This document shows positions 30,501 through 45,418 of a stretch of DNA of 64,000 nucleotides, in pieces. The translations under genes were made by a program, and so were the position numbers. The DNA comes from Styela clava (Eukaryota). How positions within the stretch are numbered: position 1 is the first letter of the stretch; each line of letters begins with the position of its first letter. Below the pieces are notes generated by a model. That model was not told the DNA's origin. It searched no databases and saw only the letters and a list, made by a program, of their open reading frames with translations. The stretch lies in NCBI RefSeq assembly GCF_964204865.1, contig NW_027556749.1:1-64000 (forward strand). The letters run 5' to 3'.

Positions 30501-32940
30501 CATAATAGTATATAATATTTCTATCATCATCCATAAAACTAACTTTAACATTTCTATTACCTATTGTTTTTAATAATATACAATCAATAACAAATTCTGA
30601 ATCTTTGTCTTTAGGATAAGATATTGTAGTTTGATTATAACCTAATTTAATTTTTTTTTCACCTTTAATTACTTTTTCTAAATTGATTATTTCATTTCTT
30701 TCGTCACCTTCTTCTTTAGAATCATAAATCATAACTTTATCTGTAAGTTGTCAATGATAAACATCTCTAAATTGTGTTGTGTCTAGTATTTGTGAAAAAG
30801 GATTTTCGTCTGTTGTAAACATTATAAGAGGTATACCAGTAATGGCTCTTGGAAGATTTGAAAGCATACCATTCATTACTGAACGACTAATCATATAAGG
30901 AAATGAAAAAGTTAGTCCATTACCCATTACAGATCTAAAAGTAGCTCATTCAGCAGGTATAAGACTTGTAATTTGTGGAGCAATTTGTTGAGCTAAAGCA
31001 CCACCTACTAATTTAACTATACCTCCTACTGGGAGAAATAACATAAAAAATGAAGCAGAAGAAACAACAATTTTTAATCAAGCTGTATAATAACCTCTAT
31101 AATCTTCTCATTTAACTCTATAAGGTTCTAAAGTAACTATTTTTTTATTAATGAGATTCATATAATTTAAACAGTCTGCTTTTGTAGCATTAGTAAATAT
31201 AGGCAAATTACTTGAATTGTCATCTCTACTTTCATCAATTATAGATCCTGTTGAATCATATATTATTTTACCGTCAACATCAACCGATTTGTCAAAAAAT
31301 AAATTTGTCGCCGAAGATAATGTAGCAAATTTATGTCTTTCTCAGTTTTCTTCTTTAATATCATAACCACCATGAAATCTAATATTTGAAACATCATTAT
31401 TAGAACTTAAATATAATGTACTGTTAGCAGATTTAACATTTATATAATTCATTAAGTGAACATAATTTATAGTATCTACTTTTAAACCATCGACAGCTAC
31501 AGCTTTAAGCTCATGAATTGAGTCAGAATCCGTAATTTCTCTAATAGTTTTTAAAACATTTGCTTTACCAATTCATCCCTTATCTCATATTTTAGAATCA
31601 AAAGTTTCAGCTACTAAACTTCCTCGGTTGTGTCGTTTATCGTTAGGATTGAAATTTATCTCTTGGTCTTGCTTTCAATTCAAAGCATAATTAATAGAAG
31701 CAAAATTACCATCAGGTATAATTAAATGTTGTTGTTCATATTGATAAGTTTTTGATAGTGGAGATACTTTAGGTTGTAAAAATTTTTCAATTCATAATGG
31801 TGTAATAATATTTATTATTGATGGATCTTTTTCTTTTTTATGTCCATATATTTCACAAGACAATAAAGCTACAGAACCTTCTACTTCTAATTGTAAAGAA
31901 TTAACACCTTTAACTTCTGAAAAAAATAGAGGCTCATAATCTTCATCCTCTTTCATATTTTTAATATCATTATCTATATCTTCTAGTGTAGGTGCTCTTT
32001 TAGTTTGTGGAATTTCGTCATAAATTGGATTGTTATTTATATCATACATAATTTCGCCACTATCATTTGTTTTTAATTCTAATTTAGCACTAGTTGAAAT
32101 AACATTTGGTTTAAAAAAAGTTTCACCAGGTTGACCAAATTGAATAGATTGTATAATATTCTTTCCTACAGTACGTAAACTTTCATTTACACTTTTAAAA
32201 GTAACATCATGTCACATATAATCGTTTGTTTTAGGATTTGTAAAAACTTCAATGCTTTGAATATAGAATAAATCATTACCATTAATTTCTGGACATAATC
32301 ACAAAAGTGTCATATTATCTTTTTTTATGGTATGAGAATCTGCTCTTCAAATAAAACTTTCTATATTTTCTGTATCTTTTTGAGTATCATCAAATCGAGC
32401 TCTTATTGTACTTTGTAATACTTGACGAACATAACCATCATCATCATGTGTAAAAGTACTAGAATAATTAATTGGAGGCAACGGTTTACCAACAACATAA
32501 TAACCTTCTTTGAATATTTTTTTTCCTTTACAATTTTTTATTTTTGCTTCTATTATTTTATATGAATCATATTGTTTTTTTTGTTCATCATATGTTAATC
32601 TAAGTTCATCAAAAGTGTCTAATGTATCATAATTTTCAGGTTTAACAGGTTCTTTAGGAGATATATTTTTTAAAATATCAACATTTATAATAGTTGACGC
32701 ATCATCTTCTACTGGATTGATAGGGTCTTCTCAACCTAAAGGTTTAACTAATATAGTTTTTTTACCTGTAAAAATACGCTCTCTAATTAAAGAATTAAAC
32801 CTTAAATTATCATCAACATCTGTAGCACCAGTAGCAAAAACATAAGGAAAAAAATAAAGATCTCTATTTTTATCTATTTCAACTTTTAAATTATCAGTAT
32901 CAGCATCTCGGTATACAATTTTATTATTTAGATCCAGCAT
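27517..32940 (-). CDS. Very large virion (tail or ejection) protein, ~1807 aa
   Basis: Six track ORFs share one frame and the five upstream ones end in TGA; internal hydrophobic Gly/Ala segment near 30950-31080. Confidence 0.75.
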
Positions 32941-34414
32941 CTGTCTTGTTTCCTCCTAACCCGTCATTTGATGTTCTCATTTGAGCATGTGATTTTGGAT
33001 TTGAATCGCGTGAATTAAAGTTACTCACTTGATTAAATTTTTTCAATTTGCCGTTTTGAGCATCATTCATAATTTCATTTTTTCCTTTCTCTTTTTCAAA
33101 GTCTAAGAATTGTTTTCTATTTTCGTCAGCATCTTTGTCAACTAATTTTTTCATTTCAACACTTGATGCTCGGCCAATTTCTTGAACGTTACTAATAGTT
33201 GTTATTCTATCTTGGAGTCCATTATTTAATTTAGCAATTTCAGCATTGATATATTCGATTGTATTTTTATTATTTCCATCTCTAATAGCGAAAGAAAAAT
33301 TTACATCACCAAAACCAGCACAATAGAACATTTTTTTCAAGAATCTATTAATCAGTTGATTAAACATCATTCTTTTAGAAATAATAGTTTTAATTTCGGC
33401 TGCAGAAACATTTTTAATATCTTCAGCTACGTTTGCTTCTAACTTACTATTCAAACTAATTCCAATTAAAGAATACAATAAGTGAAATTTTTCGAGCATA
33501 GTTTTTTGGAGACTTTCTCAGTTGATGTTTGGGTGAATAGCTTGAATAGCTTGATCTTCGGAAGGAAGTTCACTAACCAAAACAGCTCGTGGAAGAGCCA
33601 TGTTATTTTTAGTTCTCTTGTCTCAATCTTCTAATGTGTCGGGGTCTAAGTTTCCAACGTACATGATAGTACGGTTATTAAGACGTTCTTTTTCAATTCA
33701 ATCATAGAAATTAACGATGTCTTTAATAACGTTAGTACATTTTAATCAGTCGGGTCTAGGTGTTTGAGATGTGTGAAAAAAAGTTGTGAAATGTTCGAAC
33801 GGTATAATAGGAATTTTTCTACCTTTAATTTCTTTGTAAAAGGGGTTTCTGTCATTTTGAGGTTTGAAGTAGTAGTTAGGAATCATAGCACTTAATTCAC
33901 CTAGAGCTATCTCTTTACTATTATAGATATATGTTCTTTTGATTCGACCGTCATGTGTTCATGTTTCTCTAATAATAATAGGAATAACTGTATGTGTTTC
34001 TTTTTCGGCAAATGTTGAAATACTTACAATTTCTTCAAAACTCTTTTGTTGTCATATAATAAATTTTGGACGATTTAAATATACTCTAAATCCTTGATCG
34101 TCTTCAATAGAGTTTTCTATTTTATCAAAACCTAAAATCGCCTCACCATATAAAGATGTTTGGAAAATTAATTTAGATAAGAATTTGTCTCATTGAGCAT
34201 TAACTTTAAATGTATTTCAAAACTTTAGTAATTTTTCGTTGTCAGTATCAAATACGTAATGTCTATTATATATAGCATGTGTTAAGTGCTCAGCTATAAC
34301 TATTGGAAAATCACAAAATTTGTTTAAGTGATTAGTAGTTCTTTCACCATTTTTATCGTGTAACATGTTTCAATACTTAGAAACTTTATTAATATCTAGT
34401 TCTCAACTTTCCAT
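32924..34414 (-). CDS. Portal protein (A118/SPP1-like)
   Basis: 496 aa; portal-like N-terminal pattern (IVIAEHLTHAI...QTSLYGEA) and virion-module context. Confidence 0.7.
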
Positions 34415-34425
34415 TATATTTTATA

Positions 34426-34590
34426 TTATTCCTTTTTTGTTTTTTTACAGTCACATGAAATCTTTTTACAGATGTCATTTTTTTGAGTTTTTGTAGCATA
34501 TTTATTAATAATATAAATTGCCACTTCGTCTATTTGTGATTTCGCAAAACTCATTACGAAACTAATTATCATTTTTAATGTTTTGTTCAT
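34426..34590 (-). CDS. Small hypothetical protein
   Basis: AAGGAG RBS; 54 aa. Confidence 0.6.
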   Translation of the reverse strand: MNKTLKMIISFVMSFAKSQIDEVAIYIINKYATKTQKNDICKKISCDCKKTKKE

Positions 34591-34939
34591 TGTTATTTTC
34601 TCCTTTGTTATTTTTGTTAATAACTTCCATAATTTTTTCTAGCTTGCCATTAATTCTTTTATCGATTCATTTTTTTAAATCTTCACTTTGTTTTTCATTC
34701 GCCTTTTCAACAGCCAAATCTTTACTTATATATTTCCTGTCATACATGTAAGCCAGAGTAACACATATTATTACAGTGAGTGCTATAAGCGCAGGAATAG
34801 AAACAATTAAAGCTGAATAAATTGTTTTATTATTACTTTCACTATTAGCAAAGTGGATAAATTGCGACAAGCCAAAACCTCCTACGGTTGCGCTTATCAT
34901 TTTTCAATATATTTTATCTCAATTCATAAATTTTATCAT
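34562..34939 (-). CDS. Membrane protein, holin-like candidate
   Basis: Hydrophobic segments and charged C-terminus, in the late operon. Confidence 0.6.
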
Positions 34940-34949
34940 TTCTTTTCAT

Positions 34950-37900
34950 CTAATGTCCGCTCTCTCTTCTAACTGATAAGTTAAATTTTGTTGGGAAGAC
35001 CAAATTATAATTACCATTAGCGTTAAATGTTCATTTTATATCGTTTAAAGCAACATTATTTCTCATATGGTAGTAAACGTAAAATGGATGACGATAAACG
35101 TCGTTATTTGTTAATCATCATATATCTCCTCAATATAATAAGTCGCCAGTTGCTTTTGTTCATTTAATATTCCCTTTAATATTAACACCTGTTTTTGTTG
35201 CGAAATAGTGGTTGTAAAGATTTGCGTTCAATTGTCATGGACTCGCTGATTTTAACGTTGAGTGAAAATATGTTTTTGTTGTTGATGAGGTTGCGTTGTA
35301 ATTGTCAGTGGTTACTAAATATTGAAAAGTTTTGTTTGTTGTGTCGCCAGTTTGTTTTGGTACTAAAAATGAATGTCATCTAACATTAGACGTATTAAGA
35401 GGCGGTTCGATATGAATATCAAAAGAATACAATCCATCTTTAAATTCTTTAGAATTACCAGTATTTAAGGTAACAAAAAACGAGTTACTAAAGTATTTTA
35501 ATTGGGATCCTACTCTGTCAATGATTGGAAAACTTGTTTTTTTTCCAACTCCAGCGAAGTAAGTGTTAGCTTCAATGTTGTTTGATGAATCCATTTTTGT
35601 AATTGTTGAACCAGTACCTATAACGTCTACTCATGGGTGAGGCGTATGTAACATTTCAAGACGGCTACGTGCTGTGTCAAATATTTCGGTGCTACCTAGA
35701 TCTTTAAATTCGTCATCGGTTATATCATCATTACCAATATTTTCAATTAGTTTTTGACCTTCCACTTTTGCTTCATATTGTGTAATTAAATATCTGAATT
35801 GTGATTCTGTAAGACCGTGTGCTTCAGAATATTGTTTAGGTGAGTTTTCACCAACTGTTGAATCATAATCATCTGTTCTTTTACTTCATTGTAAGTCAAC
35901 ATTTGCTAAAACAGTTTCTATTTCCGATACACTAATAGGTTTATAATAACCGTAAGAAGCATATAATTGACTTCTAGAATTGACATGAGTTATTCGTTCT
36001 AATATAGTTTTTGTGTCTTTATAATTTAATCCAGAAATGTATGTTTCAACTTTTTCGAATGGAAGATACTTATAAATTTTTAAATGTTCGCTATCACGAA
36101 AAAAATATGAGGTATCTATTTTATAAAGTCGTGATGAGTAAGTGACAGGTGCTTTTAATATGTTAATCAATTTATCTTTTTGTGAACCTGTCGGTCTATC
36201 GGTTCATCTTAAACCTGTAGGGTTATTATCCTCATCAAAAGGTTCCATTTCTTGATCAACAATTTTTGTTTCTAGAGGGGCCAATCGATTTTCTAATAAT
36301 ATATCTACTTGATGCTTTGTATAATTAGCTCCAATTAGAGAAAAGAAATTCTTGAAATAATCATAACCATCAATTCCAAAAAATTTTCCTTTTTGATTAG
36401 TGAAAACTGGTATTGAAGGAAAGTTTGATCTTGATGGGTCTAGATAAGTGAAACGATTTTCTCATGATTGAGCAATTTCGTCTTGTGGGTCGGGATTTGA
36501 AATAACGTGATTTTGATAATCTTCAACAAAAGAATACACAGAATTAACATACTTTATGCTAAGATTAGCACCATCAGTATTAAAAGGTTCTTCTACGAAT
36601 TGACCGTGGGATCCAATTAAGTCTGAGCTTCCATCTTTGCTAAATTTTATAACAGCATAATTTCTTAGTAAATTAATACAGTATAAACTAGGATCAACAA
36701 TATTAGCAATAATATATAATTCATCATCTTGAACAAACAAGTCATAAACCTTGTATGTATCAAACTTAGTCATGTCAAGATCAGGTACTTCGGCTCTTAT
36801 GAAGTCAATTTGGTCGTCTCTCAACTGTTCATTTCAACCATGAAAAGATTCAATTGACGCGTTATTAACAGCTTTCACGCTTAGAGATTTGTCAGCTAAT
36901 AAGTCATAAAATTCATCTTCTGTTAAATGATTCAATAATGAATATTTTTCAGGAGTACTTGCTATGTTTAGTACGTTAGTTGCCCGAGTTGTGTCAACGT
37001 CTCTAAATTCTTTATAAATTTTTCCTAAATCAGATCTTTTTACATGAATAATATGACTTAATACACTAGTAGTTCCATCTTTTCTTATGTAATTACTTAA
37101 TGTATAGTTAGAACCACATAGATTATTAATTCAAGTCAATAAAGCAAAATGTTTTTGATAATCTGTTAAATCATTTCAATCAGTAGGTCCTCTGTAATAT
37201 TGTCAAATATCACGAATTACACAACTTTCTTCTTTGAAATTACAAATTTGGTAAATATCAACTTTGTCATTTATATCAAGAGAAAGAGGTTGCGAAATTA
37301 TATTACTTCCATATCCTTCTTGAACAAGACTATAATATTCAGCTTCTGTATTTAAAACAGTAACTAAAGTTTGAAGCTTCTCAGTAGTTGGAACAGTTGT
37401 TCAAGGAATAGTGTCTCTGTTTAATATTAAATCTTCTGTTCTGAGTATTCCATTAAATTTTGCGTCGATTTGAGGTTTGTTATATGTATCTGCTATTTTA
37501 GCATATAATTTGTGGTTAATTTCATCTGGTAAATTAGTAAGGGCTTTAAATTCTCTAAGAAGATTGAAAAATTCAGTTTGAGATAGACTGTTATAAGCAG
37601 AATAAAATTTAGGAGCACTAGCTCATACATTTGGACTACTAGTACTTTTATAATATCGTCCACTATCAATCAATTTTTGAATATCCCCAGTTCTTCAATA
37701 AATAGGTTGAACATCATTATCATAACTTGTTCCTAAAATGTCATTTATTCTATAAATTCTTTTTAGTACAGTAGATAATTCATCTAAAACATCATGTTTA
37801 ATACCATCTTTAGTAAAAGGTACTCGTTTATCTATATAATCATCATAAGCTATTATATAAGCTGTTTTGTGATTATTTTGACTATGATTACCATATCAAT

Positions 37901-40900
37901 GATCTGGTTCACTTAAAACCGCTAATAATTTTTCACGTTGAGATGCTGTAGGTACTTCTTCTCATTTCAATCCTGTAGGATTTGTATTAACATCATAAGG
38001 TAATAATTCAATATTAGTTACCTCAGTTTCTAATTCTGATAAACGATTATTTAACTGAGCGTCTATTTGTTGACGAGTATATATAGTATCTTTTGTAGCA
38101 AAAAAATTTTTAAGATACTTAAATCCATTAATACCAAACATTTTTCCTTTTAAATTTGTAAATACGGGCATTGTTGGAAAATTTGAAGCTTCTGGTACAT
38201 TATAATTAAAACGATTATTTCAAGTACTTGTATCATAGTTATCATCTTGATCTGGGTTTGAAATAACATGATTGTAACCATCTTCCAAAAAAGAATAAGT
38301 TGAGTTAACATAATTTAGACTTAAATTAGCATTGTTTTCATTGAAAGGTGCTTCAATTGTTGTAACATAAGTATTTCCTGTAACAGCTCGAATATCACCA
38401 ACAGTAAATTTTAAAGGAGCAGTATTACGTAATAAATTTAAAGCTATAATACCTGCTTGTGTCGCATATTTATAAGAAACAATATAAAGGCTATCGTTAT
38501 AATCAAATAAGTCATAAATTTTATATTCATTTAATTTGTTTTCGTCATAGAAGGAAACTTCTCCACGAATAAGATCAATCTGTTCATTTGTAAATGGAGC
38601 ATTTCAATCTTCAAATGACTCGATTGTAGTATGTGATTTTATATCTGTTTTTAAAGCAAAAAACTTTTTTAAATAACTATACGCTTTAACACCAAAAATC
38701 TTCCCCTTTCTGTTTGTAAATACTGGTAGTGTAGGATAGTTTGAATATTCTGGTGTTATATATTTTAATCTAGTTTCTCAATCGCCAAATACTGATCCAC
38801 CTGGTATTGGGGTAGAAATAGCCTGATTATCGTGGTCTTCAATTCAACTGTAAATTGAGTTTATATATTTTAAGTTTAAGTTTGCCAGCTCAGTATCATA
38901 AGGACCCATAATTGCTTTTACGTGATCTCCTTGAATAGCTATTAACTCTGCAGTTTTATTAAATATTCTAACAGCTTGGTTTCTTAACAAATTAATAGCA
39001 AATATATTTTCATTATTTAAAAGACGAGCACAAACGAAAACCTGATCACCAAAAGTAAATAAATCTAATACTTTGTAATCATCAAATTTGGCTCAATCAA
39101 AAGCATGAATATCTTCTTTAATAATATCAATTTGTTCGTCTGTCAATTGTGTTTCTCAATCAATAAAAGAATCCATTGACACTTTAGTTAAGTTTTCAAT
39201 TTTCCCTCTAAGTAAGTTATAAAAATCTTCTTGTTGTAAATGATTTTTTTCGCTATAAAGTTTTGGTGTTTTAACAATACCCTCTTCTTCGGCTACATCA
39301 CTATCATTATCTGTTTCAAAATGTTTGAAAAGCAAAGCTAGATCTGAACGTTTTATATGTACGATGTGACTTAACTCTTCAACTTCGCCATTTGGTTTTG
39401 TGTAATTACTTAATACATAAGTTGAACTACATATATCATTAATTCAAGCTAATAAAGTTGCTCGTTTTTGATACTCAGTCAAATCGTCTCAATCACCAGG
39501 TCCTTTGTAGAGACTTCATGCGTCTTTAATAGCATAAGTTTTTTCGCCAAAGTTAACGATTTTATAGATATTTATTTTGTCGCCAACATTTAAACTCAAA
39601 GGTTGTGTTGCGTAGTCACCTCCATACCCTTCTTCTTCTAAAGCATAATAAGTTTCAGGAATTTTAAGAGTTGATAATAAGGCTGTTTTTTGAGCTTCAC
39701 TTGGTGTTTTTTCTCAACCTAATGTTAGTTCTGACAATAAAGGATTTGTAGTTCTAAAAATAGAATCAATTTTTGTATCAATTTGAGGTCTAGTATATGT
39801 GTCTTTTTTTGTAGCATAAACGGTTTCGCCTGTTTCGATTTGGTGTAATTTAGCAAAAGAATCATTTAAAAAACCTAGAGCATTTACACCATATATAGTA
39901 CCATCTTCAGTAGTGAAAATAGGAAATGTTGGTAAATGACCTTCTAAGAATGTAAATCTTTTATTATAACTTTCAACAATATCTTCAGGTGTTGAGTGAG
40001 AAATTGGATGCGTTTTAACATATTTAATTCAAGATAAAATAGAACTAATGTATTGTAAATTTAAATTTGCGCCTCTTGTATTATAAGGACTTGGTAAAGT
40101 ATCGTCATATGGAATAATACGTACTTTATTACCATTTCTTCTAATTTCAAAAGGTGATAAATTTTTTAATAATGGAGCAATAATTCAGTCTACATTATCT
40201 GGTGTTTTACTAACAAAAATATATACTTCACCATCATAAAAAATTTTATCAAAAAGTTTATAGTCACTATATTTAGTAGAATCATAATTTTTAACATTTC
40301 TAGCAATATCATCAAGTTGAGAGTCGGTTAGTTGTTGCTTCCATCCTGCAAAAGAATCTAATGCAACATCAACACTACTAGATTTTACCATATTATCAAC
40401 ACGTGTGATAATTGTGTTTTTAACAAAATGATTATAAAACTGCTCTTTTGTATAACCATATTCGTCAGATCATTTTTGTGGTGTGCTGAAATTAGACTCA
40501 AATGAATAAACTGGTGGTTGTTGTGAATTTATAAAATATTCATAAAGTTTTCCTAAATCGCTTCTTCTAATAGGATTAATATGATCTAATTTTGTAACAC
40601 TACCTCCAATATGTTCAAAGTCACTTCTTTTATAACTAGATCCACATCTTCTATTTACAAATTTTAAAGCTTCATCGTGTTTTTGATCTTCAGTTAAGTC
40701 ATCTCAATCTGAAGGAAATTCAACAGTATCTTTTTTTCATAAACTTCAAATATCTTGAATAAAAGTTTGTGGTATACCAAAGTTATTAAATTTATAAAGA
40801 TAAACTTTTTCTTCTGTACGGAGCGTTAAAGGATTATGAGCTCAATCACTTGATCATTTTCCAACGTTTAATCCATAAAAGGTTTCGGGGACTTTAAAAA

Positions 40901-43406
40901 CGTCAGCTAAAACTGCTCGTTGGTCGTCTAATGGTACTGATGTTCAAGGTAAAGTAGTTTCGTTTAAAAGTAAATCATCTAATCGTAATAAACCTTCAAG
41001 TTTACTATCAATTTCTGCTTTATTATATGTATCTCTTTTATAAGCAAACGTTATATTATTATGTAAAATAGAATGTATAGTGTTAAGCCCTGAATCTGAA
41101 TATAACAATTGTTTAACATCACCATTAACTTGTTTCAAATACATTTTACCATCTTTTTCAAAATAATAAAGTGAATCCAAAAATGTTGATGTTCTGTCGT
41201 CTGATGCTAAACTTTCAATTAAAGGATGATGTAAAACTGTGCTATGATTATCAGCACCTTTTATTGTTGGATCTATTAATGCTATTCCAGTGTCAGGAGC
41301 ACCTGTTTCAAAACCAACAATTGTATGACCCGCTGTATAAAAAGGAACAAATCCATGTTCTGTATCTTCGCCATTATAAACACTTGTAAGTAAGTCAATG
41401 AAAAAATTTTCGCCCGAAGTATCAACAGTTGGCGCGTGTTTTTTAACGTACTCAAGAGCTAAAGCAGTTTCTTTAACTGTCAAAATACCTTTAGTTCCAT
41501 TTAGTTCGTCGGGATGTAATGTACTTGTATGTCTTCAAACTTGACGTTTATATTTGTTTATAAGATAAGTATAAGTACTATCTTTAGCAAATGTAATATA
41601 AATTTCACCACTATAATAAACTAAATCATTTACTTTTAAGTTACTTAATGAATTAACATCAGTATCATCATAAATTACAGAAATTAGTTTATCTAATTCA
41701 ATCAACTCAGCAACTTGACTGTGTGATACATGATTTTCAATTTTAAAAACGTCAGTCTGTGATGGACTTATTTCATCTTTTTTTACAAAAATACTTGATA
41801 AGTACTTAGTAGCATTAATACCTATAATAGTGTTACCTTTTCCATTAATAAATACTGGTAACATTGGTGTATTACTATCAAGAAATGAAAATCTAGAATT
41901 ATAATCTAATTGTGTTCCTTGATTAGTTGGGTCTGAAATTGGGTGATCATATATATCTTTAATTCATGTTAAAATAGAATTAGTATAATGTAAATTTAAA
42001 TTAGCGTTATTTACGTTGTAAGGGCTAGGTATACTAGAATTATAATCAAGTAATTGACCATTAAAATTAGCTCCTTGTTTTACAATCGTAATAACTGGTT
42101 TATTTCTATATAGTGGAACAACTGTCAATTGTGATGTCGATACATTTGTAACAACATAAGTATCACTACCATAAATAAATTGGTCAAATACTTTATATAT
42201 ATCAAATTTAGTTAAGTCGAATGTATCAGTTGATGTTTGAAGATGTTCAATTTGTTCATCTGTATATTGAGCTTCTCAGTCACCAAAAGATTCTATATAA
42301 CTTTGTTGAGACGAAATTTCTGGTATTTCGTGAGTAGGATGTTCTAGATTTTCATCTAATAGATTAGTACTTTTTAAATACTCAGTTATTAATCTATTCA
42401 TGTCAGCTAATCCAACTTTCTCATTTCAAGCACGAACAAATTCTATGTAAGTGATTGGTCGTAATTCGAAGTTAGACAACCCTTCTATAATTTCACTATC
42501 TTGGTCGTTTACATTAAAAGGTGTCGTACAATTTTGCCCTATGGGATCTATTAATGTAGCTTTTTTAACTAATCCTGCAGCCACTAATAAATTAACAACT
42601 TCTTTTGGTAAATAACCAATAGGTCATGAGTTGGCTACATTTTCAGAAAGTCCATTAACAGATTCAGAAACTTGGCGCCCTTCAAAATTGATTCCGTGTT
42701 GAATATAATAAGCAGATAACAATACTAAAGCTTTACGTAAAAACTTAACTTTGTCTTTAGTAGTATGACTTAATAAAGTAACATAAGATGTAATTTTACC
42801 TTCTGTTACAGCGTCAATACGTTCATAAGCATTATAAATAATACGTTCGTATTGTTCAGTTTTATATTTTCTATTAATTAATGCTTCAACATCTCTAGCA
42901 TATATATAAGGTGCCGACTCGGCTCTTGAATCGTTTAAACTTTTCTTATATAAAATAATATTACTACTAGAAATCAAACTATCAATTATTAATTTAATAT
43001 CACTATTTTCTTTATTATACTCAATATTAAAATTTGCTATTGACTTTAATTCGTTATCAATATCACGTCGTGTAACTATAGTACTAAAATCATTATTGTT
43101 AGCTCTCTTTATAAAAGGATAAACATTTTCATAATTAATAACCCTTTCATAATAAGTTTTCCTTAAATTTAATCATTGTAAAAAATCATTAAAATTTGTA
43201 GGTGCTATAAGGTCATCAGTAAAAAGTGCTATAGAAGTGTTATAATTTAAAGTATATGTATTAATAGTTGATATTTCATTAGTTACTTGTATTAATAATT
43301 CAGTTAAAGTTTTGTTTTCACTGTTATTTATAATACTTGACTTGAAAGTTTCAATATTGTCAAAAATAGAGTTATATTTAGTTTGAAATTCTAGTAATGT
43401 TGTCAT
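34950..43406 (-). CDS. Giant repeat fibre with N-terminal head-tail-adaptor-like domain, ~2818 aa
   Basis: Nine track ORFs in one frame; alternating A/B repeats; AYERIDAVT...LRKALV...LLVAAGL segment. Confidence 0.8.
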
Positions 43407-43408
43407 AA

Positions 43409-44011
43409 TTAATCGAGTTTATTTAACTCCGCATGTAATTTTTTCTTTTCGTCAACGTCTATATATGTTGAATTTATTGTATCTAATACTTTATTAAAAG
43501 CATTTCTTGGTAAAAAGATATTTTTTAAAAGTGAATCTAGTTTATTTTTCATTTCTGCTTGAACATGTTCACAATACATATTTGTTTTAATAATAATAGG
43601 TAATGTTTCATATTGTCAAGAAGCTCTAGTTTCACGTAAATGTTGAGATAATTCAACAAGGTCAGATAACACATCAACTACAATATAGTGAATAGTATTA
43701 TCTTTTTCATCCAAAACGTCTGAAATTTTTAAATAAGCTTTAGTAATTTGTTTATAATCTTTAATTACTTCTTGTAACGCATCGTTGGCTCTAATGTTGA
43801 TAGTTCCTTTAGGTGTGACTTTAAGAACTGTAGTTTCCGCTATTTCAATAGCTGTTTCATTTCTACGATTATTATTAGCATTATTAACAACGGCATTTTT
43901 TAAAATTTTATTTTGTTTTTCTAACAAACTTAAACGTTTTTCTTGTTGTTCTAATAATTTTAAACGTTTTTCTAAATTTTTAATATTAATTTTATTAATT
44001 TGATTTTTCAT
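43409..44011 (-). CDS. Hypothetical coiled-coil virion-module protein
   Basis: GAGG RBS; code-4 ORF after the capsid gene. Confidence 0.75.
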
Positions 44012-44074
44012 ATTTTTCCTCTGTGAGGCCTTTTTGATAAATAGAAGACCTCTAAACTATTTAGACCTTATATT

Positions 44075-45391
44075 CTAAGATCCACCAATGTCATAAATTG
44101 TTTTACCTGCTGGTAATTTAATACCATACAAGAATTTTTGACATAATCCCTTTCATTTAGAGATTCCATACAAAGCTTTCAACCCTGTAACAATATTACC
44201 TGTTTGTGGAATTATAGCTGATCACACATAAGGTGCCCCCGCTAATACCATAACTGGTGAATTTTTTTCAGGCGAAATGTATTGTAAGATCGCAATATAT
44301 TGAGATAAGTCTGCTCCTAAATCTCCAGTAATTGCTGTACTATATGTTGGCATATAAACTGCGTTAGCTGGTGACGAAGGAATAGTAGCTAATCCTGTGT
44401 TTGCGTCTAGTGGAAGGGTGTCTGCAGCCGAAGTACTTGTAACTTCTGAAAGACTGTTAGCAATTTCAGTATAAGTAGCTCCAGGTTTTCCTTTAGGTCA
44501 GATTTTACCTAAAAGGATTGATACTTCAGCTTTCAAACCTCCAATTTTCAAGTTATTATCCTCGAATTCTTGATAGTTGCTTGTATCTAATCCAACTTTG
44601 GCGTTTACGATAGCTAATAAATTTTTGATGTGGGGTGCTACAATCAAAACTAAATTAGTTCCCACTTTACCATAAAGACTTGTACGTGTTTTCAATGATT
44701 GAATCATGTTTAAGAATTTATGAAGGAAAGTGATTCCCGCAAAACGTGAGTCAGCATTTGTGGCTGCAATATCTTCGTCTGTAAGTTGTAAAACGTTACT
44801 TTTAGCTTCTGAATCAGTTTCAAGAGCTTCGATAACTGCTTTAAAGTAATGAAGATTAACACGATTTTTATAATTACTTCATCTTTGTGCCAAAAGAGCA
44901 GAATAGACGAATCCACTATGTAAAAATAATGATTTGTCTAATTGTTCCATAGGATTGAATTCAAAGTGCGAAAATGTCATTCCAATAGTTTTTTTATCCA
45001 CTCCTGGATATGTTGGATTGACAGGTGCTGTTGAATTGAACCCATTAGAAAGAGCTAATTGGTGTGAATATGATGAAGTTCCATGCCCAGATGCTAAAAC
45101 TCATGTTTTTTGGAGAGTTCCATTTTGATCTCTGTGCATGTTAACAATCCCTAATTTGAAAATTGTGTCATAATCAATATTTGGAATTGTTGGGATTTGA
45201 GATAAATTGATTGATTGAACAATTTCATTACCTTTAAATCCTTGAATATAGAATAACGAATGATTTGTATCGGTAGATTCCGCTGCAATTAATTGTGATT
45301 CTGTTAATGTTTGCCCTGGAATTCCTTCAATAGCAGATTTAGTAGTCGCATTGATAGTTCCAAAAGCTTGGTCTTGACTTAGTGTTGCCAT
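44075..45391 (-). CDS. Putative major capsid protein (438 aa)
   Basis: Follows a scaffold-like gene; strong RBS; size and composition. No motif-level proof. Confidence 0.65.
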
Positions 45392-45418
45392 AATTAATAT
45401 TCTCCTTTATTATTTTAA

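Noticed and set aside
34950-43406. Diversity-generating retroelement or invertase shufflon acting on the fibre
   Set aside because: No reverse transcriptase or recombinase recognised; repeats are diverged at protein level, and I saw no near-identical pair differing only at adenines.
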